Assembly (NCBI GenBank): GCA_964650515.1
Contig: CAZYUB010000003.1
Location: forward strand, 68,096 to 132,095
Origin: an uncultured Planctomycetia bacterium
GTDB taxonomy: Bacteria > Omnitrophota > Gorgyraeia > Pluralincolimonadales > Pluralincolimonadaceae
Reading direction: 5' to 3'
Length of the DNA stretch: 64,000 bases
In this document: piece by piece, positions 53,012 through 63,551 of the stretch
Numbering within the stretch: the first letter of the stretch is position 1
How the letters are laid out: each line of letters opens with the position of its first letter
Notes under the pieces: generated by a model
What the model saw: only the letters and a program-made list of their open reading frames with translations
The model's database searches: none
What the model was told of the DNA's origin: nothing
Translations under genes and position numbers: made by a program

Positions 53012-53560
53012 CTATTTGATGTATTCGTTTATCGTTATGTCGGTAGCGCCTTCCTTCGGTATCCTTATCGTCATTCCCGGTTTAAGCTTATCCGGAGATC
53101 TCAGGATGTCCGTATTGGCGTTGAATATCTTCTTCCATTTCTTCGTTGTCCCGAAGAATTTCATCGATATCTTCTGAAGCGTGTCGTTCTTCTGGACCTT
53201 GTAGTCGACGAACTCCTCTTCCGCGATGACGTCTATATCTTCTACGACCGTTCCGGCCGTGGAAGTTGTCTCGTAATTCGTGGCGGGAGCAGATGTTTCC
53301 GCAGATCTCTTCGGCACCCTGTTCTCCTTCTCTATGGACGGGACCTCAACCTGGACCTCTATATATTCCCTCGTGGTCTTCCTGTCGCCCGCAGCGGGAG
53401 CCGTTCCCATCAAGTAGCCGCGGTTGCCGGATGAACTGCTGAGGTCCTGGTCTACCCTTTCCCTCGTGACCATCTTTGTGTTTACAGAGCATCCCGCCAG
53501 GGATATGACCATCGCAGCCGAGGCTGCAGCCAACGCGAATGACACAACAAACTTCTTCAT
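53012..53560 (-). CDS. LysM-domain lipoprotein
   Basis: 182 aa. Lipobox 'LAGCS'. C-terminal LysM 'YKVQKNDTLQKISMKFFG...KWKKIFNANTDILRSPDKLKPGMTIRIP'. Confidence 0.7.
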   Translation of the reverse strand: MKKFVVSFALAAASAAMVISLAGCSVNTKMVTRERVDQDLSSSSGNRGYLMGTAPAAGDRKTTREYIEVQVEVPSIEKENRVPKRSAETSAPATNYETTSTAGTVVEDIDVIAEEEFVDYKVQKNDTLQKISMKFFGTTKKWKKIFNANTDILRSPDKLKPGMTIRIPKEGATDITINEYIK

Positions 53561-53570
53561 GCTCCCCCTC

Positions 53571-55343
53571 CTATTTTTTCAGGGTAGGCCCGGTAAGGGC
53601 TATACCTAACTCCTTTAATTGTTTTTCCGATACGTCCGATGGCGCGCCGGTCATGAAACATACGGCCTTCTGCGTCTTCGGGAACGCTATCACATCCCTT
53701 ATGCTGTCTGTCCCCGTCATCATGGCAACAAGCCTGTCGAGCCCGGGCGCTATGCCGCCGTGCGGCGGCGCGCCGTAAGAGAACGCCTCGAGCAGGAAGC
53801 CGAACCTCGCCTGGATCTCCGCGTCGCCCAGCCCTATCGCCTTGAATATCTTCGACTGCGTCTCGCGGTCGTGGATCCTTATGGAACCGGAGCTTATCTC
53901 CACTCCGTTCAATACAAGGTCGTATGCTTTTGCCCTGACCTTTGACGGGTCTTTTTCTATGAGGCCTATGTCCTCGTCATAAGGCGCGGTAAAAGGATGG
54001 TGCTCCGCTTCCCAGCGTTTTTCTTCCTCGTTATATTTGAACCACGGGAATTCGACGACCCAGAGGAAATTGAATTTGCCCTTGTCTATAAGCCCGTACT
54101 TTTCGGCGAGATGAAGCCTCAGGTGCGCGAGCGTTTCGTTGACGGTGCCCTTCCTGTCGGCGACCGCAAGGATCATGTCGCCCTTTGACGCCTGCATCTT
54201 CTGTATGAGCGCTTTTTGATGGGCTTCCCCGAAGAACTTTGCTATAGGCGATTCGAGCCCGTTATCGGTTACCTTGAAATACGCGAGCCCTTTTGCGCCT
54301 TCCTTCACGGCGAATTCGGTCAGGCCGTCGATCTCGCTCCTTGAGATATCGGCCTTGCCCTTAAGGTTCAGGGCTTTGATGATCCCGCCGGAAGCGATGA
54401 CCTTCTCGAACGTCTGGAACTGGCTTCCCTTGAGCGCCTCGGTGAGGTCCTCGAGCTCCATACCGAACCGCGTATCGGGCTTGTCGATGCCGAACCTGTC
54501 TATCGCCTCGCTGTGCCTGATCCTCGTAAAAGGTATTTTGAGGTCTACGCCGATGGCTCCCGAAAATATCTCCCTGATAAGGCGCTCGGTCAGGTCGAGG
54601 ACGTCGTCGACGTCAACGAAAGACATCTCGATATCAATCTGGGTGAATTCCGGCTGCCTGTCCGCCCTGAGGTCCTCATCACGGAAGCATTTCGCTATCT
54701 GGAAGTACCTGTCCATGCCGGCGACCATCAGTATCTGTTTGAAGAGCTGTGGCGATTGCGGCAGCGCGAAGAACTTTCCGGGGTTCACGCGGCTTGGGAC
54801 AAGGTAATCCCTCGCCCCTTCGGGCGTCGACTTCGTCAGGATCGGCGTATCGAACTCGATGAACCCTTCCTTATCGAGGAAGCTGCGGGTTATCTGGCAT
54901 ACCCTGTGCCTCGTAACGAGCTTGTCGCGCGAGCATTTGCGCCGTAAGTCGACGAACCTGTAAGTATACCTGAGTTCCTCGGATATCTGGCTGTCGTCCT
55001 CTATCTCGAATGGCGGCGTCTGGGCGGTATTAAGTATAGTCAGTTTTGACACTATGATCTCTATCCCGCCGGTCTTTATCTTCGGGTTATCGGTACCCTT
55101 CGGCCTCGGGGAGACCTCCCCGTCGACCACTATTACAAATTCGTTGCGCAGGCCCTCGGCGGTATCATGAAGCTCCTTAGAGGCGGACGGGTTGAATACT
55201 ATCTGCGTCAGCCCGTACCTGTCGCGCAGGTCGATGAATATGAGCCCTCCGTGGTCGCGTCTTCTGTGCACCCATCCCGCGAGGGTAACTTTCTTCCCGA
55301 TATCCCCGGTTGTCAATTCGCCGCAAGTATGAGTCCTTTTCAT
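53571..55343 (-). CDS. aspS: aspartate--tRNA ligase
   Basis: 590 aa. 'RTHTCGELT...VTLAGWVHRRRDHGGLIFIDLRDRYG', class II motifs, 'GGIAPGLDRLVAM'. Confidence 0.9.
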   Translation of the reverse strand: MKRTHTCGELTTGDIGKKVTLAGWVHRRRDHGGLIFIDLRDRYGLTQIVFNPSASKELHDTAEGLRNEFVIVVDGEVSPRPKGTDNPKIKTGGIEIIVSKLTILNTAQTPPFEIEDDSQISEELRYTYRFVDLRRKCSRDKLVTRHRVCQITRSFLDKEGFIEFDTPILTKSTPEGARDYLVPSRVNPGKFFALPQSPQLFKQILMVAGMDRYFQIAKCFRDEDLRADRQPEFTQIDIEMSFVDVDDVLDLTERLIREIFSGAIGVDLKIPFTRIRHSEAIDRFGIDKPDTRFGMELEDLTEALKGSQFQTFEKVIASGGIIKALNLKGKADISRSEIDGLTEFAVKEGAKGLAYFKVTDNGLESPIAKFFGEAHQKALIQKMQASKGDMILAVADRKGTVNETLAHLRLHLAEKYGLIDKGKFNFLWVVEFPWFKYNEEEKRWEAEHHPFTAPYDEDIGLIEKDPSKVRAKAYDLVLNGVEISSGSIRIHDRETQSKIFKAIGLGDAEIQARFGFLLEAFSYGAPPHGGIAPGLDRLVAMMTGTDSIRDVIAFPKTQKAVCFMTGAPSDVSEKQLKELGIALTGPTLKK

Positions 55344-56612
55344 CTACTTTACGAAGATCCTTTCTATTTCCGTTATGAATTCGCGCTCCGGTAGCACCTT
55401 CTGCTCTTTCGTCGCCATGTTCCGTAATGTAAGCGTGCGGTTCTTGAGCTCTTCCTCGCCGATTATCGCCACATACTTGGCGCCGAGCCTGTCGGCCGAG
55501 CGCATCTGGGCCTTGAGCGACCTTCCCTCGTAATCGAGCTCGCACGAGATCCCGCCCCTAACCCTCAACTCGTTCGCGAGGTTGAATGCGACGCGGTATT
55601 CCTCCTCACCCATCGTTGCGAAATACAGGCATATGCCCTCCGGTATCTCCGGGGCATCGTCCATGGCCATGGCGGTCCTCTCCACGCCGATAGCGAAACC
55701 GCAGGCTCCCTTCGCGGGGCCCCCGAGCTCCTCGACAAGGTTATCATACCTGCCTCCGGCGCCTATAGCGTCCTGCGCGCCGAGTTTCTTATGCGTCACC
55801 TCGAAGGTCGTCTTTGTATAATAGTCGAGCCCTCTTACGAGGTAAGGGTCGACCGTGTAGTTGATCTTAAGGCCGTCCAGCGAACTCTTAACGCCGTCAA
55901 AATGCGACTTGCAGTCCGGGCAGAGGTATTCCGGCGTCCCCTTGAATATCATCCTGACCAGCTTCCTGCACGACTCGTTCTTGCAGTCAAGGATGCGGAG
56001 GATATTCTTTTCATAGCGGACCCTGCAGTCCTCACAGAGCCTGTCCTGGCCCCCGGAAAGTGTTTTACGCAACCCGTCGGCGAGGGCTGTCTTGTCTTTC
56101 GGGCAGCCAAGGGAGTTTATCTTGATAATGGATCCGTGCACCCCGAGCGATTCCAGCAGCGCGGAGTTCAGCGCTATTACTTCGGCGTCAAGCTGAGGGC
56201 TGTAAGAGCCGAGCGCCTCGACACCTATCTGGTGGAATTGCCTCATCCTGCCAGCCTGGGGCCTTTCCGCCCGGAACATCTGGCCGATATAGAACAATTT
56301 GATGAATCCGTATTCGTTGACGAGGTTGTTCTCGAGGTAAGCCCTGACGACCGAGGCGGTCGCCTCCGGACGAAGGGTGATGGACCGTTCACCGCGGTCG
56401 AGAAACGTGAACATCTGTTTCTCGACTATATCCGTGCCGGCGCCCAGCGAACGGACGAAAAGCGAAGATTCCTCGATAACGGGCGTGCGTATTTCCTTAT
56501 AGCAAAAAGCATTTAAGACGGCCCTGGCTTTTGCCTCAAGGGTCGTCCATAATTTTGCTTCCGTAGGCAGGAGGTCTTTCGTCCCCCGCAATGCTTTAAC
56601 TTGCTCTCTCAT
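55344..56612 (-). CDS. hisS: histidine--tRNA ligase
   Basis: 422 aa. 'RGTKDLLP...IRTPVIE...MFTFLDRGERSITLRPEATASVVRA' HisS class II motifs. Confidence 0.9.
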   Translation of the reverse strand: MREQVKALRGTKDLLPTEAKLWTTLEAKARAVLNAFCYKEIRTPVIEESSLFVRSLGAGTDIVEKQMFTFLDRGERSITLRPEATASVVRAYLENNLVNEYGFIKLFYIGQMFRAERPQAGRMRQFHQIGVEALGSYSPQLDAEVIALNSALLESLGVHGSIIKINSLGCPKDKTALADGLRKTLSGGQDRLCEDCRVRYEKNILRILDCKNESCRKLVRMIFKGTPEYLCPDCKSHFDGVKSSLDGLKINYTVDPYLVRGLDYYTKTTFEVTHKKLGAQDAIGAGGRYDNLVEELGGPAKGACGFAIGVERTAMAMDDAPEIPEGICLYFATMGEEEYRVAFNLANELRVRGGISCELDYEGRSLKAQMRSADRLGAKYVAIIGEEELKNRTLTLRNMATKEQKVLPEREFITEIERIFVK

Positions 56613-56640
56613 AATGGGATATTCGGCGGATTGCGGCCGG

Positions 56641-56913
56641 CTATCTTACTTTCTGTTTCATGATAAGCCCCGGCTTGAATACCGCCACCTTCTTCGGCGG
56701 GACGGGGACTGTGACGCCGGTACGCGGATTCCTTCCGGTGCGGCCGCGCCTTGATTTTACCTTGAAGATACCGAAATTCCTCAGTTCCACCGTCTCATTG
56801 TTCGCGAGCGCCTCGACGATCATATCGAGCGTGCGCTGCACGATCAACTTGACGTCCACCTGCTTCAGCCCGGTCTCGTTGGCTATCTGCAGGACGATCT
56901 CTTTCTTTGTCAT
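56641..56913 (-). CDS. HU/IHF-family DNA-binding protein
   Basis: 90 aa. 'MTKKEIV..IA...GLKQVDV..IV....D.I.EAL..NE.VELRNFGIFKVK.R..R.GRNPRTG' is the canonical HU/IHF arm. Confidence 0.8.
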   Translation of the reverse strand: MTKKEIVLQIANETGLKQVDVKLIVQRTLDMIVEALANNETVELRNFGIFKVKSRRGRTGRNPRTGVTVPVPPKKVAVFKPGLIMKQKVR

Positions 56914-56988
56914 AAACGGCCTCCTTGGAATTATAGCTTAGTATCCGTAAATTGTTATTACTATTATAGTTAGTAATACGGCACTTTG

Positions 56989-59900
56989 TCAAGTCTTGAA
57001 TGTGACCACGCCGTCGCCCAGAAGCTTCTCTATATCCGTCGTGAGGCTGTCGGAGGGCTCGACTTTTAGTTTCTCCTCGACCGATATCTCGAACCTCTTC
57101 CCGTCGGCCATCTTGAAATGCAGGTAGACAGGCGCAGTCCCAGGATGGGACTCGAGGACCGATTTGAGCCTGTTCATCGAATCCTCCCCTATCCCCGCGT
57201 CCAAGCTGATGATTATTGCCTGCGTATATTTCTTCTGTATCTCGTCGAGGGGGATTATGTCGTTGGCCATTATCTTCGGCCTGTCCTCCCTCAGGTTGAT
57301 CTTGCCTTTCACGCATACTATGGCGTCTTTCTTTATGTATCTTTCGGTATTAACGAAAGCTTTGGGGAATACAAGGACCTCCACCTCGCCGGTAAGGTCC
57401 TCTATGCTCATTATCGCCATCTTCTCGCTTTTGGCCTTCGTGATAGTGAATTTCAGCTTCGAGATGATGCCGCCGAGGTTGATCTCCTCATCCGACCTTC
57501 TCTTGCCGAGGTCCTTTACGGAACAGGTGGAATAAGAGCGTATGAGTTTTTCGTACCTGGCCAGCGGATGGCCGGTCACATAAAAACCGAGCATCTCCTT
57601 TTCATAAGCGAGCAGCTGGCCCTCCGGCCACTCCGGCACCTTGGGGGTCTCGTGCCTGCGCGTGGCATGCGTCTTCGAATGCGCGCCGAACTCCTCGAAG
57701 AAAGTCGACTGTCCGCTCGCGCGTTCCCTGTGCGAGTTCGCGCCGCACTCAAGGCAGTCATCGAGCATCACGGTGAGCTGTGACCTGTGCAGGGCGAATT
57801 CGTCGAACGCGCCGCACTTGATGAGGCTCTCGAGCACCTTCCTGTTCGCGAGCCTGAGGTCTACGCGTTCGCAGAAATCATAAAGGTTCTTGAACTTGCC
57901 GGACGCGCCCCTCGCGTTGACTATCGAATCTATCGCGCCCTGGCCGACATTCTTGACCGCGCTGAGGCCGAACCTTATCGAATCGCCCACGACCGTGAAC
58001 TTCGAGAAGCTTTCGTTGATGCTCGGCGGAAGTATCTTGATCGACATCCTCTGCGATTCTTCTATGTAGAACGCGACCTTGTCTATATTATCGCGTTCCG
58101 ACGTCATCAACGCGCTCATGAACTCAACGGGATAATTCGCTTTCAGGTAAGCTGTCCTGTATGAGATCAGCGCGTATGCGGTCGAATGCGACTTGTTGAA
58201 GCCGTACCCGGCGAAATATTCTATGAGGTTAAAGATCTTCTCGGCGGTGCGTTTGTCTATACCATTCTTGGACGCGCCGTTCAGGAAGTTCGAGCGGGCC
58301 TGCTCCATCTCCTCGGGGATCTTCTTTCCCATCGCGCGCCTGAGCGAATCTGCTTGCGACATCGTGAATCCCGCGAGCGATGACGCGATGCGCATGACCT
58401 GTTCCTGGTAGATTATGGTCCCGTAGGTCTCCTTCAGTATCGGCTCGAGCATCTTATGGTCGTACTTGATGGGTATCTCGCCGTGTTTCCTCTTAATGAA
58501 ATCCTCGACCATGCCGCTGCCTATCGGGCCCGGACGGTAAAGCGCGAGTATGGCTATGATATCTTCGAAAGTCGTAGGTTTCAGTTTGCGCAGGATGTCG
58601 CGCATGCCCGAGCTTTCAAGCTGGAATATCCCCAGGGATTCCGAGTTGGACAGCAAGTCGTAGGTCTTCTTGTCGTCAAGCGGTATATTGTTTATATCGA
58701 GCGCGAGGCCCTTCGTCCTCTTTATGATCTTGACGGTCTCGTCTATGACCGTCAGCGTCCTGAGGCCGAGGAAATCCATCTTCAGCAGGCCTATCTTTTC
58801 GAGCGACTTCATTTCGTAGCCGGTAGAAAGCTGGCCCTCGCTTGTCTTGAAGAGCGGGACGTAGTCGGTAAGCGGAAGGTCGGATATTACGACACCCGCG
58901 GCATGCGTCGACGCGTGCCGGTTCAAGCCCTCGAGTTCGGTCGAGATGTCTATTAACTGCCTCATCTGCGGGTCGCTCTTGTACATATTGCGCAGCTCGG
59001 GCTCGACCTTCAACGCCTTTTCGAGGGTGATACCGAGCTCTTCGGGCACGAGCTTGGCGATGCGGTCGACGTCGCCGTAGCTAATGCCCATAACGCGCCC
59101 GACATCCCTTATGACCGCGCGCGCTTTCATCGTGCCGAACGTGATGACCTGGGCGACGTTCTCCTTCGAATATTTCTGGGTCACGTAATCAATGACCTCG
59201 CCCCTTCTTTCATAACAGAAATCTATGTCGATATCCGGCAGGCTCACGCGGTCGGGATTAAGGAACCGCTCGAATATAAGGTCGTACTTTATCGGGTCGA
59301 GGTCGGTGATCCCGAGCGAGTAGCTGACAACGCTTCCGGCGGCGGAACCCCTTCCCGGGCCGACCGGTATGCCTTTGGATTTCGCGTAATTGATGAAGTC
59401 CCACGCGATGAGGAAATAGCTCGTGAACCCGGTCTTCCTGATTATGTTCAGCTCGTGGTCCACCCTGTCGCGTACGGCCTTGTCGACCTGCGCGTAACGT
59501 TTCTTCAGCCCCTCCTCGACGAGGTCCTTGAGGTACTCCTCGCGGGACCTGCCTTCGGGAGGCGTGAATTGCGGCAGGTGCGTCTTGTTAAAATCGAGCT
59601 CGAGGTTGCATTTCTCCGCTATCTCTATCGTGTTGGATATCGCCTGAGGTACGTCCGAGAAGAGCTCTTTGAACTCCTCCGACGACTTGAAATAGAACTC
59701 GTCGGTCGAGAACCTCATATGGTCCGGATCGCTTAAGGTCGTCTGGGTCTGTATGCAGAGCAGGCCTTCATGGGCGCGCGAGGACCTCTTGCGCAGGTAA
59801 TGCACGTCGCCGGTGGCAACAAGCGGGATGTCGAGCTCTTTTGAGATCTTCAGCAGGCCGGCATTCGCAGTTTCCTGCTCCGGTATAAGGTTTTTCTGGA

Positions 59901-60432
59901 GCTCAAGATAAAAGTTGCCCGGCCCGAATATGTCCTTATACTGGCCCGCGACTACCTTCGCCTCCTCGTATTTGCCTTTGACGATGAGGTAAGGTATCTC
60001 ACCCTGAAGGCACGCCGACTGGGCGATCAGGCCTTTTGAATACCTGGCGAGGAGCTCCTTGTCGACGCGCGGCTTATAGTAAAATCCTTCAAGGTATCCG
60101 GCGGAGACGAGTTTCATGAGGTTGCGGTATCCTTCCTCGTCTTTTGACAATAGGATAAGATGGTACGCGGATTCCTCGCTGACAGAGGCGGATTTATCCA
60201 GGCGGGAGCCCGGGGCTACGTATATCTCGCATCCGATGATCGGCTTTATGCCGTTCTTCATCGCCTCGATATAGAACTCGATCGCGCCGAACATGTTGCC
60301 GTGGTCGGTAAGCGCTACGGCGGGCATCCTGTATTCTTTTGCGAGCGCTATGAGTTCCGGTATCTTGCAGGCGCCGTCAAGAAGGCTGAATTGCGTATGG
60401 ACATGCAGGTGGACAAAATGCGAATGCTGCAT
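56989..60432 (-). CDS. dnaE: DNA polymerase III alpha subunit
   Basis: 1147 aa. PHP N-terminus 'FVHLHVHTQFSLLDGACKIPELIALAKEYRMPAVALTDHGNMFGAIEFY', polymerase core 'GRGSAAGSVVSYSLGITDLDPI', OB fold. Confidence 0.9.
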   Translation of the reverse strand: MQHSHFVHLHVHTQFSLLDGACKIPELIALAKEYRMPAVALTDHGNMFGAIEFYIEAMKNGIKPIIGCEIYVAPGSRLDKSASVSEESAYHLILLSKDEEGYRNLMKLVSAGYLEGFYYKPRVDKELLARYSKGLIAQSACLQGEIPYLIVKGKYEEAKVVAGQYKDIFGPGNFYLELQKNLIPEQETANAGLLKISKELDIPLVATGDVHYLRKRSSRAHEGLLCIQTQTTLSDPDHMRFSTDEFYFKSSEEFKELFSDVPQAISNTIEIAEKCNLELDFNKTHLPQFTPPEGRSREEYLKDLVEEGLKKRYAQVDKAVRDRVDHELNIIRKTGFTSYFLIAWDFINYAKSKGIPVGPGRGSAAGSVVSYSLGITDLDPIKYDLIFERFLNPDRVSLPDIDIDFCYERRGEVIDYVTQKYSKENVAQVITFGTMKARAVIRDVGRVMGISYGDVDRIAKLVPEELGITLEKALKVEPELRNMYKSDPQMRQLIDISTELEGLNRHASTHAAGVVISDLPLTDYVPLFKTSEGQLSTGYEMKSLEKIGLLKMDFLGLRTLTVIDETVKIIKRTKGLALDINNIPLDDKKTYDLLSNSESLGIFQLESSGMRDILRKLKPTTFEDIIAILALYRPGPIGSGMVEDFIKRKHGEIPIKYDHKMLEPILKETYGTIIYQEQVMRIASSLAGFTMSQADSLRRAMGKKIPEEMEQARSNFLNGASKNGIDKRTAEKIFNLIEYFAGYGFNKSHSTAYALISYRTAYLKANYPVEFMSALMTSERDNIDKVAFYIEESQRMSIKILPPSINESFSKFTVVGDSIRFGLSAVKNVGQGAIDSIVNARGASGKFKNLYDFCERVDLRLANRKVLESLIKCGAFDEFALHRSQLTVMLDDCLECGANSHRERASGQSTFFEEFGAHSKTHATRRHETPKVPEWPEGQLLAYEKEMLGFYVTGHPLARYEKLIRSYSTCSVKDLGKRRSDEEINLGGIISKLKFTITKAKSEKMAIMSIEDLTGEVEVLVFPKAFVNTERYIKKDAIVCVKGKINLREDRPKIMANDIIPLDEIQKKYTQAIIISLDAGIGEDSMNRLKSVLESHPGTAPVYLHFKMADGKRFEISVEEKLKVEPSDSLTTDIEKLLGDGVVTFKT

Positions 60433-60433
60433 T

Positions 60434-61978
60434 TTATTCCCATTCTATGGTGGAAGGAGGCTTGGAGCTGATGTCGTATACCACCCTGTTGACGCCCCTG
60501 ACCTCGTTGATTATCCTGTTTGAGATCCTGCCGAGAAGGTCGTACGGAAGTTTCGCCCAGTCGGCCGTCATGCCGTCCGCGCTCGTGACCGCGCGCAGCG
60601 CTATGACGTTCTCGTAGGTCCTTTCGTCGCCCATGACCCCGACGGTCTTTATCGGCAGCAGGACCGCGAACGATTGCCAGACCTCCCTGTAAAACCCGGC
60701 CTTCTTGATCTCCTCAATGACCGCAACGTCTGACTCCCTTAATATATCGAGGCGTTCCTTGGTTATGTCGCCGATGACCCTTATCGCGAGCCCGGGCCCC
60801 GGGAAAGGCTGGCGCAGGGTTATCTCGTCGGAGAGGCCCATCGCTTTGCCCACTATCCTGACCTCGTCCTTGAAAAGCTCGCGCAGCGGCTCGACCAGCT
60901 TGAGCTTCATCTTCAGGGGCAATCCGCCTACGTTATGGTGTGATTTTATTGTCGCGGACGGCCCGCCGAACGCCGACTTCGATTCTATGACATCAGGATA
61001 GAGCGTCCCCTGCGCAAGGAACGCTATCTTTCCGAGCTTTTTTGCTTCCTCTTCGAAGACGCGAATGAACTCATGCCCTATTATTTTCCGCTTCTTCTCC
61101 GGGTCGACGACGCCCTTGAGCTTCCTGAGGAACCTCGCTTCCGCGTTTACGTACCTGAGGTTCATGTGGAAGTGCTTCTTGAACGTCTTGATCACGCGTT
61201 CCGCTTCGCCTTTCCTCAGCACGCCGTTGTTTATGAATATGCAGATGAGCTGTTTGCCTATCGCCTTGTGGAGCAGTACGGCCGCCACGGAAGAGTCGAC
61301 CCCGCCGGAAAGGCCGCATACGACCTTCTCTTTGCCTACCGTGTCCCTTATGGAACGGACCGTGTCTTCGATAAAAGATTGCGCGGTCCATTTGCCTTCG
61401 CAGCGGCATATCTTGAAAAGGAAATTCGATATCATCTTGCCGCCTTTCGGAGTGTGGGCGACCTCCGGATGGAACTGGACCCCGTATAGCCCGCGCTCGG
61501 TATCGGCGATGGATGCGAATTCGGTGTTTGACGTGTGGGCTATCTTCTTGAAACCGGGGGGCAGCTGTGATACGTAATCGCCGTGGCTCATCCAGCAGAT
61601 GGACTTGTCTTCTATATCGGAAAAGAGGCCGGACGGATCGTCTATCAAAAGTTCGGCGTGGCCGTATTCGCGCTTATTCGCCTTTGTCACCTTGCCGCCG
61701 AGCATATGCGACATGGCCTGCATGCCGTAGCATATTCCGAGCACAGGTATACCGAGCTCGAAGATCTCTTTCTTTGGTTTTGGCGATTTGCTTCCGTAGA
61801 TCGAGGCCGGCCCGCCCGAGAGTATGATGCCTTTAGGCGCTAACCCGCGTATCTCAGCCGCCGTGATATTGTGAGGGACGATCTTTGAGAACACCCTGTT
61901 CTCCCTAACACGGCGAGCTATCAGCTGGTTATACTGCGAGCCGAAGTCCAGGACAAGCACAACTTCTTGCTGCAACAT
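60434..61978 (-). CDS. guaA: GMP synthase (glutamine-hydrolysing)
   Basis: 514 aa. GATase 'LGICYGMQ', ATP-PPase '[11 protein letters not shown]', C-terminal 'PPSTIEWE'. Confidence 0.9.
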   Translation of the reverse strand: MLQQEVVLVLDFGSQYNQLIARRVRENRVFSKIVPHNITAAEIRGLAPKGIILSGGPASIYGSKSPKPKKEIFELGIPVLGICYGMQAMSHMLGGKVTKANKREYGHAELLIDDPSGLFSDIEDKSICWMSHGDYVSQLPPGFKKIAHTSNTEFASIADTERGLYGVQFHPEVAHTPKGGKMISNFLFKICRCEGKWTAQSFIEDTVRSIRDTVGKEKVVCGLSGGVDSSVAAVLLHKAIGKQLICIFINNGVLRKGEAERVIKTFKKHFHMNLRYVNAEARFLRKLKGVVDPEKKRKIIGHEFIRVFEEEAKKLGKIAFLAQGTLYPDVIESKSAFGGPSATIKSHHNVGGLPLKMKLKLVEPLRELFKDEVRIVGKAMGLSDEITLRQPFPGPGLAIRVIGDITKERLDILRESDVAVIEEIKKAGFYREVWQSFAVLLPIKTVGVMGDERTYENVIALRAVTSADGMTADWAKLPYDLLGRISNRIINEVRGVNRVVYDISSKPPSTIEWE

Positions 61979-61982
61979 TATT

Positions 61983-63143
61983 TTATTTGCCCATTCCCAC
62001 TCTTTGGACCTGCTGGAATATCTTTCCCTCGGTCCTGATGGACGGAGCTATTATGATCTCTGTCTTCTGGAATTCTTTGATATCTTTTGCGCCGACCGAA
62101 CCCATGGATGTCTGCAGCGCGCCCATGAGGTTCTGCGAGCCGTCGTCGAACCTGGCGGGCCCGAAGAGGATCTCTTCGAGCGTCCCGGTCGTGCCTACAT
62201 GTATCCTCGTCCCGCGCGGGAGGTTCGCATGGGGTGTTGCCATCCCCCAGTGGTAACCGCGGCCGGGCGCTTCCACCGCCCTAGCGAATGCCGAGCCAAC
62301 CATGACGGCGTCCGAGCCGCAGGCGAACGCCTTGCAGATGTCGCCGCCGGCCCTCATCCCTCCGTCCGTTATTATCGGGATATATTTCTTTGTCTTCTTG
62401 AAGAACGCGTCGCGCGCTGCTGCGCAGTCGACCGTCGCTGTCACCTGCGGCACGCCGATGCCGAGTACGCCCCTTGTCGTGCATGCGGCGCCCGGCCCTA
62501 TGCCTACGAGTATCGCGGACGCGCCGCTGTTCATGAGGTCCATAGCGACATCATAGCCGACGCAGTTCCCCACGATTACGGGTATCTTTACCGACTTGCA
62601 GAACTTCTTTATGTCGAGGGCCTTGTATTCCTTCGAAAGATGCTTCACGGTGCTGACCGTGGATTGTATGACGAAGATATCGGCGCCTGCGTCCTGCGCA
62701 ATCCTTCCGAACCTCTCCGCGCGCTGCGGTATCGCGCTGACTACCGCGGGTACGTCGGCATCCTTTATCTGGCGGATCCTCTTCTCTACGAGTTTTTCCT
62801 GTATGGGTTTCGTGTATATCGACTGGATTATCTCGGTGGCTTTCTCGGGGTCGGCCCTTACGAGCTGCTCGAGTACCTCGTCCGGGTCCTCATACCTGGT
62901 CTGGACGCCCTCTAGGTTGAGCACCGCAACGCCCCCGACCTTGCCCATCGCTATAGCGAACTTGACATCAACGACGCCGTCCATAGCGGCGGCAAGTATG
63001 GGCACATTGAATTTTTTTCCGTCTATTTTCCAGCTGGTATCAACTTCTGCGGGGTTTATCGTGACTCTTCCTGGGGCAAGCGCGATCTCGTCAAAACCGT
63101 AGCAACGGCGGGCCTTCCTTCCGATACCTATATATTCACCCAT
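61983..63143 (-). CDS. IMP dehydrogenase / GMP reductase family protein lacking the CBS-pair insert
   Basis: 386 aa (a canonical GuaB is ~490 aa). Catalytic loop '[23 protein letters not shown]' versus GuaB 'GIGPGSICTTR'. No CBS segment is visible. Confidence 0.7.
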   Translation of the reverse strand: MGEYIGIGRKARRCYGFDEIALAPGRVTINPAEVDTSWKIDGKKFNVPILAAAMDGVVDVKFAIAMGKVGGVAVLNLEGVQTRYEDPDEVLEQLVRADPEKATEIIQSIYTKPIQEKLVEKRIRQIKDADVPAVVSAIPQRAERFGRIAQDAGADIFVIQSTVSTVKHLSKEYKALDIKKFCKSVKIPVIVGNCVGYDVAMDLMNSGASAILVGIGPGAACTTRGVLGIGVPQVTATVDCAAARDAFFKKTKKYIPIITDGGMRAGGDICKAFACGSDAVMVGSAFARAVEAPGRGYHWGMATPHANLPRGTRIHVGTTGTLEEILFGPARFDDGSQNLMGALQTSMGSVGAKDIKEFQKTEIIIAPSIRTEGKIFQQVQRVGMGK

Positions 63144-63203
63144 GTTTCCGGAGCCTCCTTGAATTTAGACAATTATGATACAAAAATCGGCCCGAAAAGT
63201 CAA

Positions 63204-63243
63204 TAAAAAACCCCCTTGGCGTTGGCGCCAAGGGGGTGATTTT
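63204..63243 (-). terminator. rho-independent terminator downstream of groES: A-run, 11-bp stem CCCCCTTGGCG / CGCCAAGGGGG, then T-run
   Basis: Seen directly between groES (3' end at 63250) and the IMPDH-like gene start (63143). Confidence 0.5.
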
Positions 63244-63249
63244 GGATGA

Positions 63250-63537
63250 TTATTTGACTATCGCTAGGATATCGTCCGCATCGATGATCAGGTACTCCTT
63301 GCCGTCAACTTTTACCTCACTTCCGGAATATTTCCCGAAAATGACGATGTCTCCGGCCTTCACATCTGGAGCGACCGTCTTGCCGTTATCGAGCACCTTG
63401 CCCGACCCGACGGCTATGACCTTCGCTTCCTGCGGTTTCTCCTTCGCGGTGTCCGGGAGTATGATGCCGCCTTTCGTCTTCTCCTCGGCGCTCAATACCT
63501 CCACGATCACTTTGTCGCCTAATGGCTTAAGGTTCAT
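63250..63537 (-). CDS. groES: co-chaperonin GroES
   Basis: 95 aa. '[11 protein letters not shown]...[29 protein letters not shown]'. Confidence 0.9.
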   Translation of the reverse strand: MNLKPLGDKVIVEVLSAEEKTKGGIILPDTAKEKPQEAKVIAVGSGKVLDNGKTVAPDVKAGDIVIFGKYSGSEVKVDGKEYLIIDADDILAIVK

Positions 63538-63551
63538 TTATCATCCTCCTT

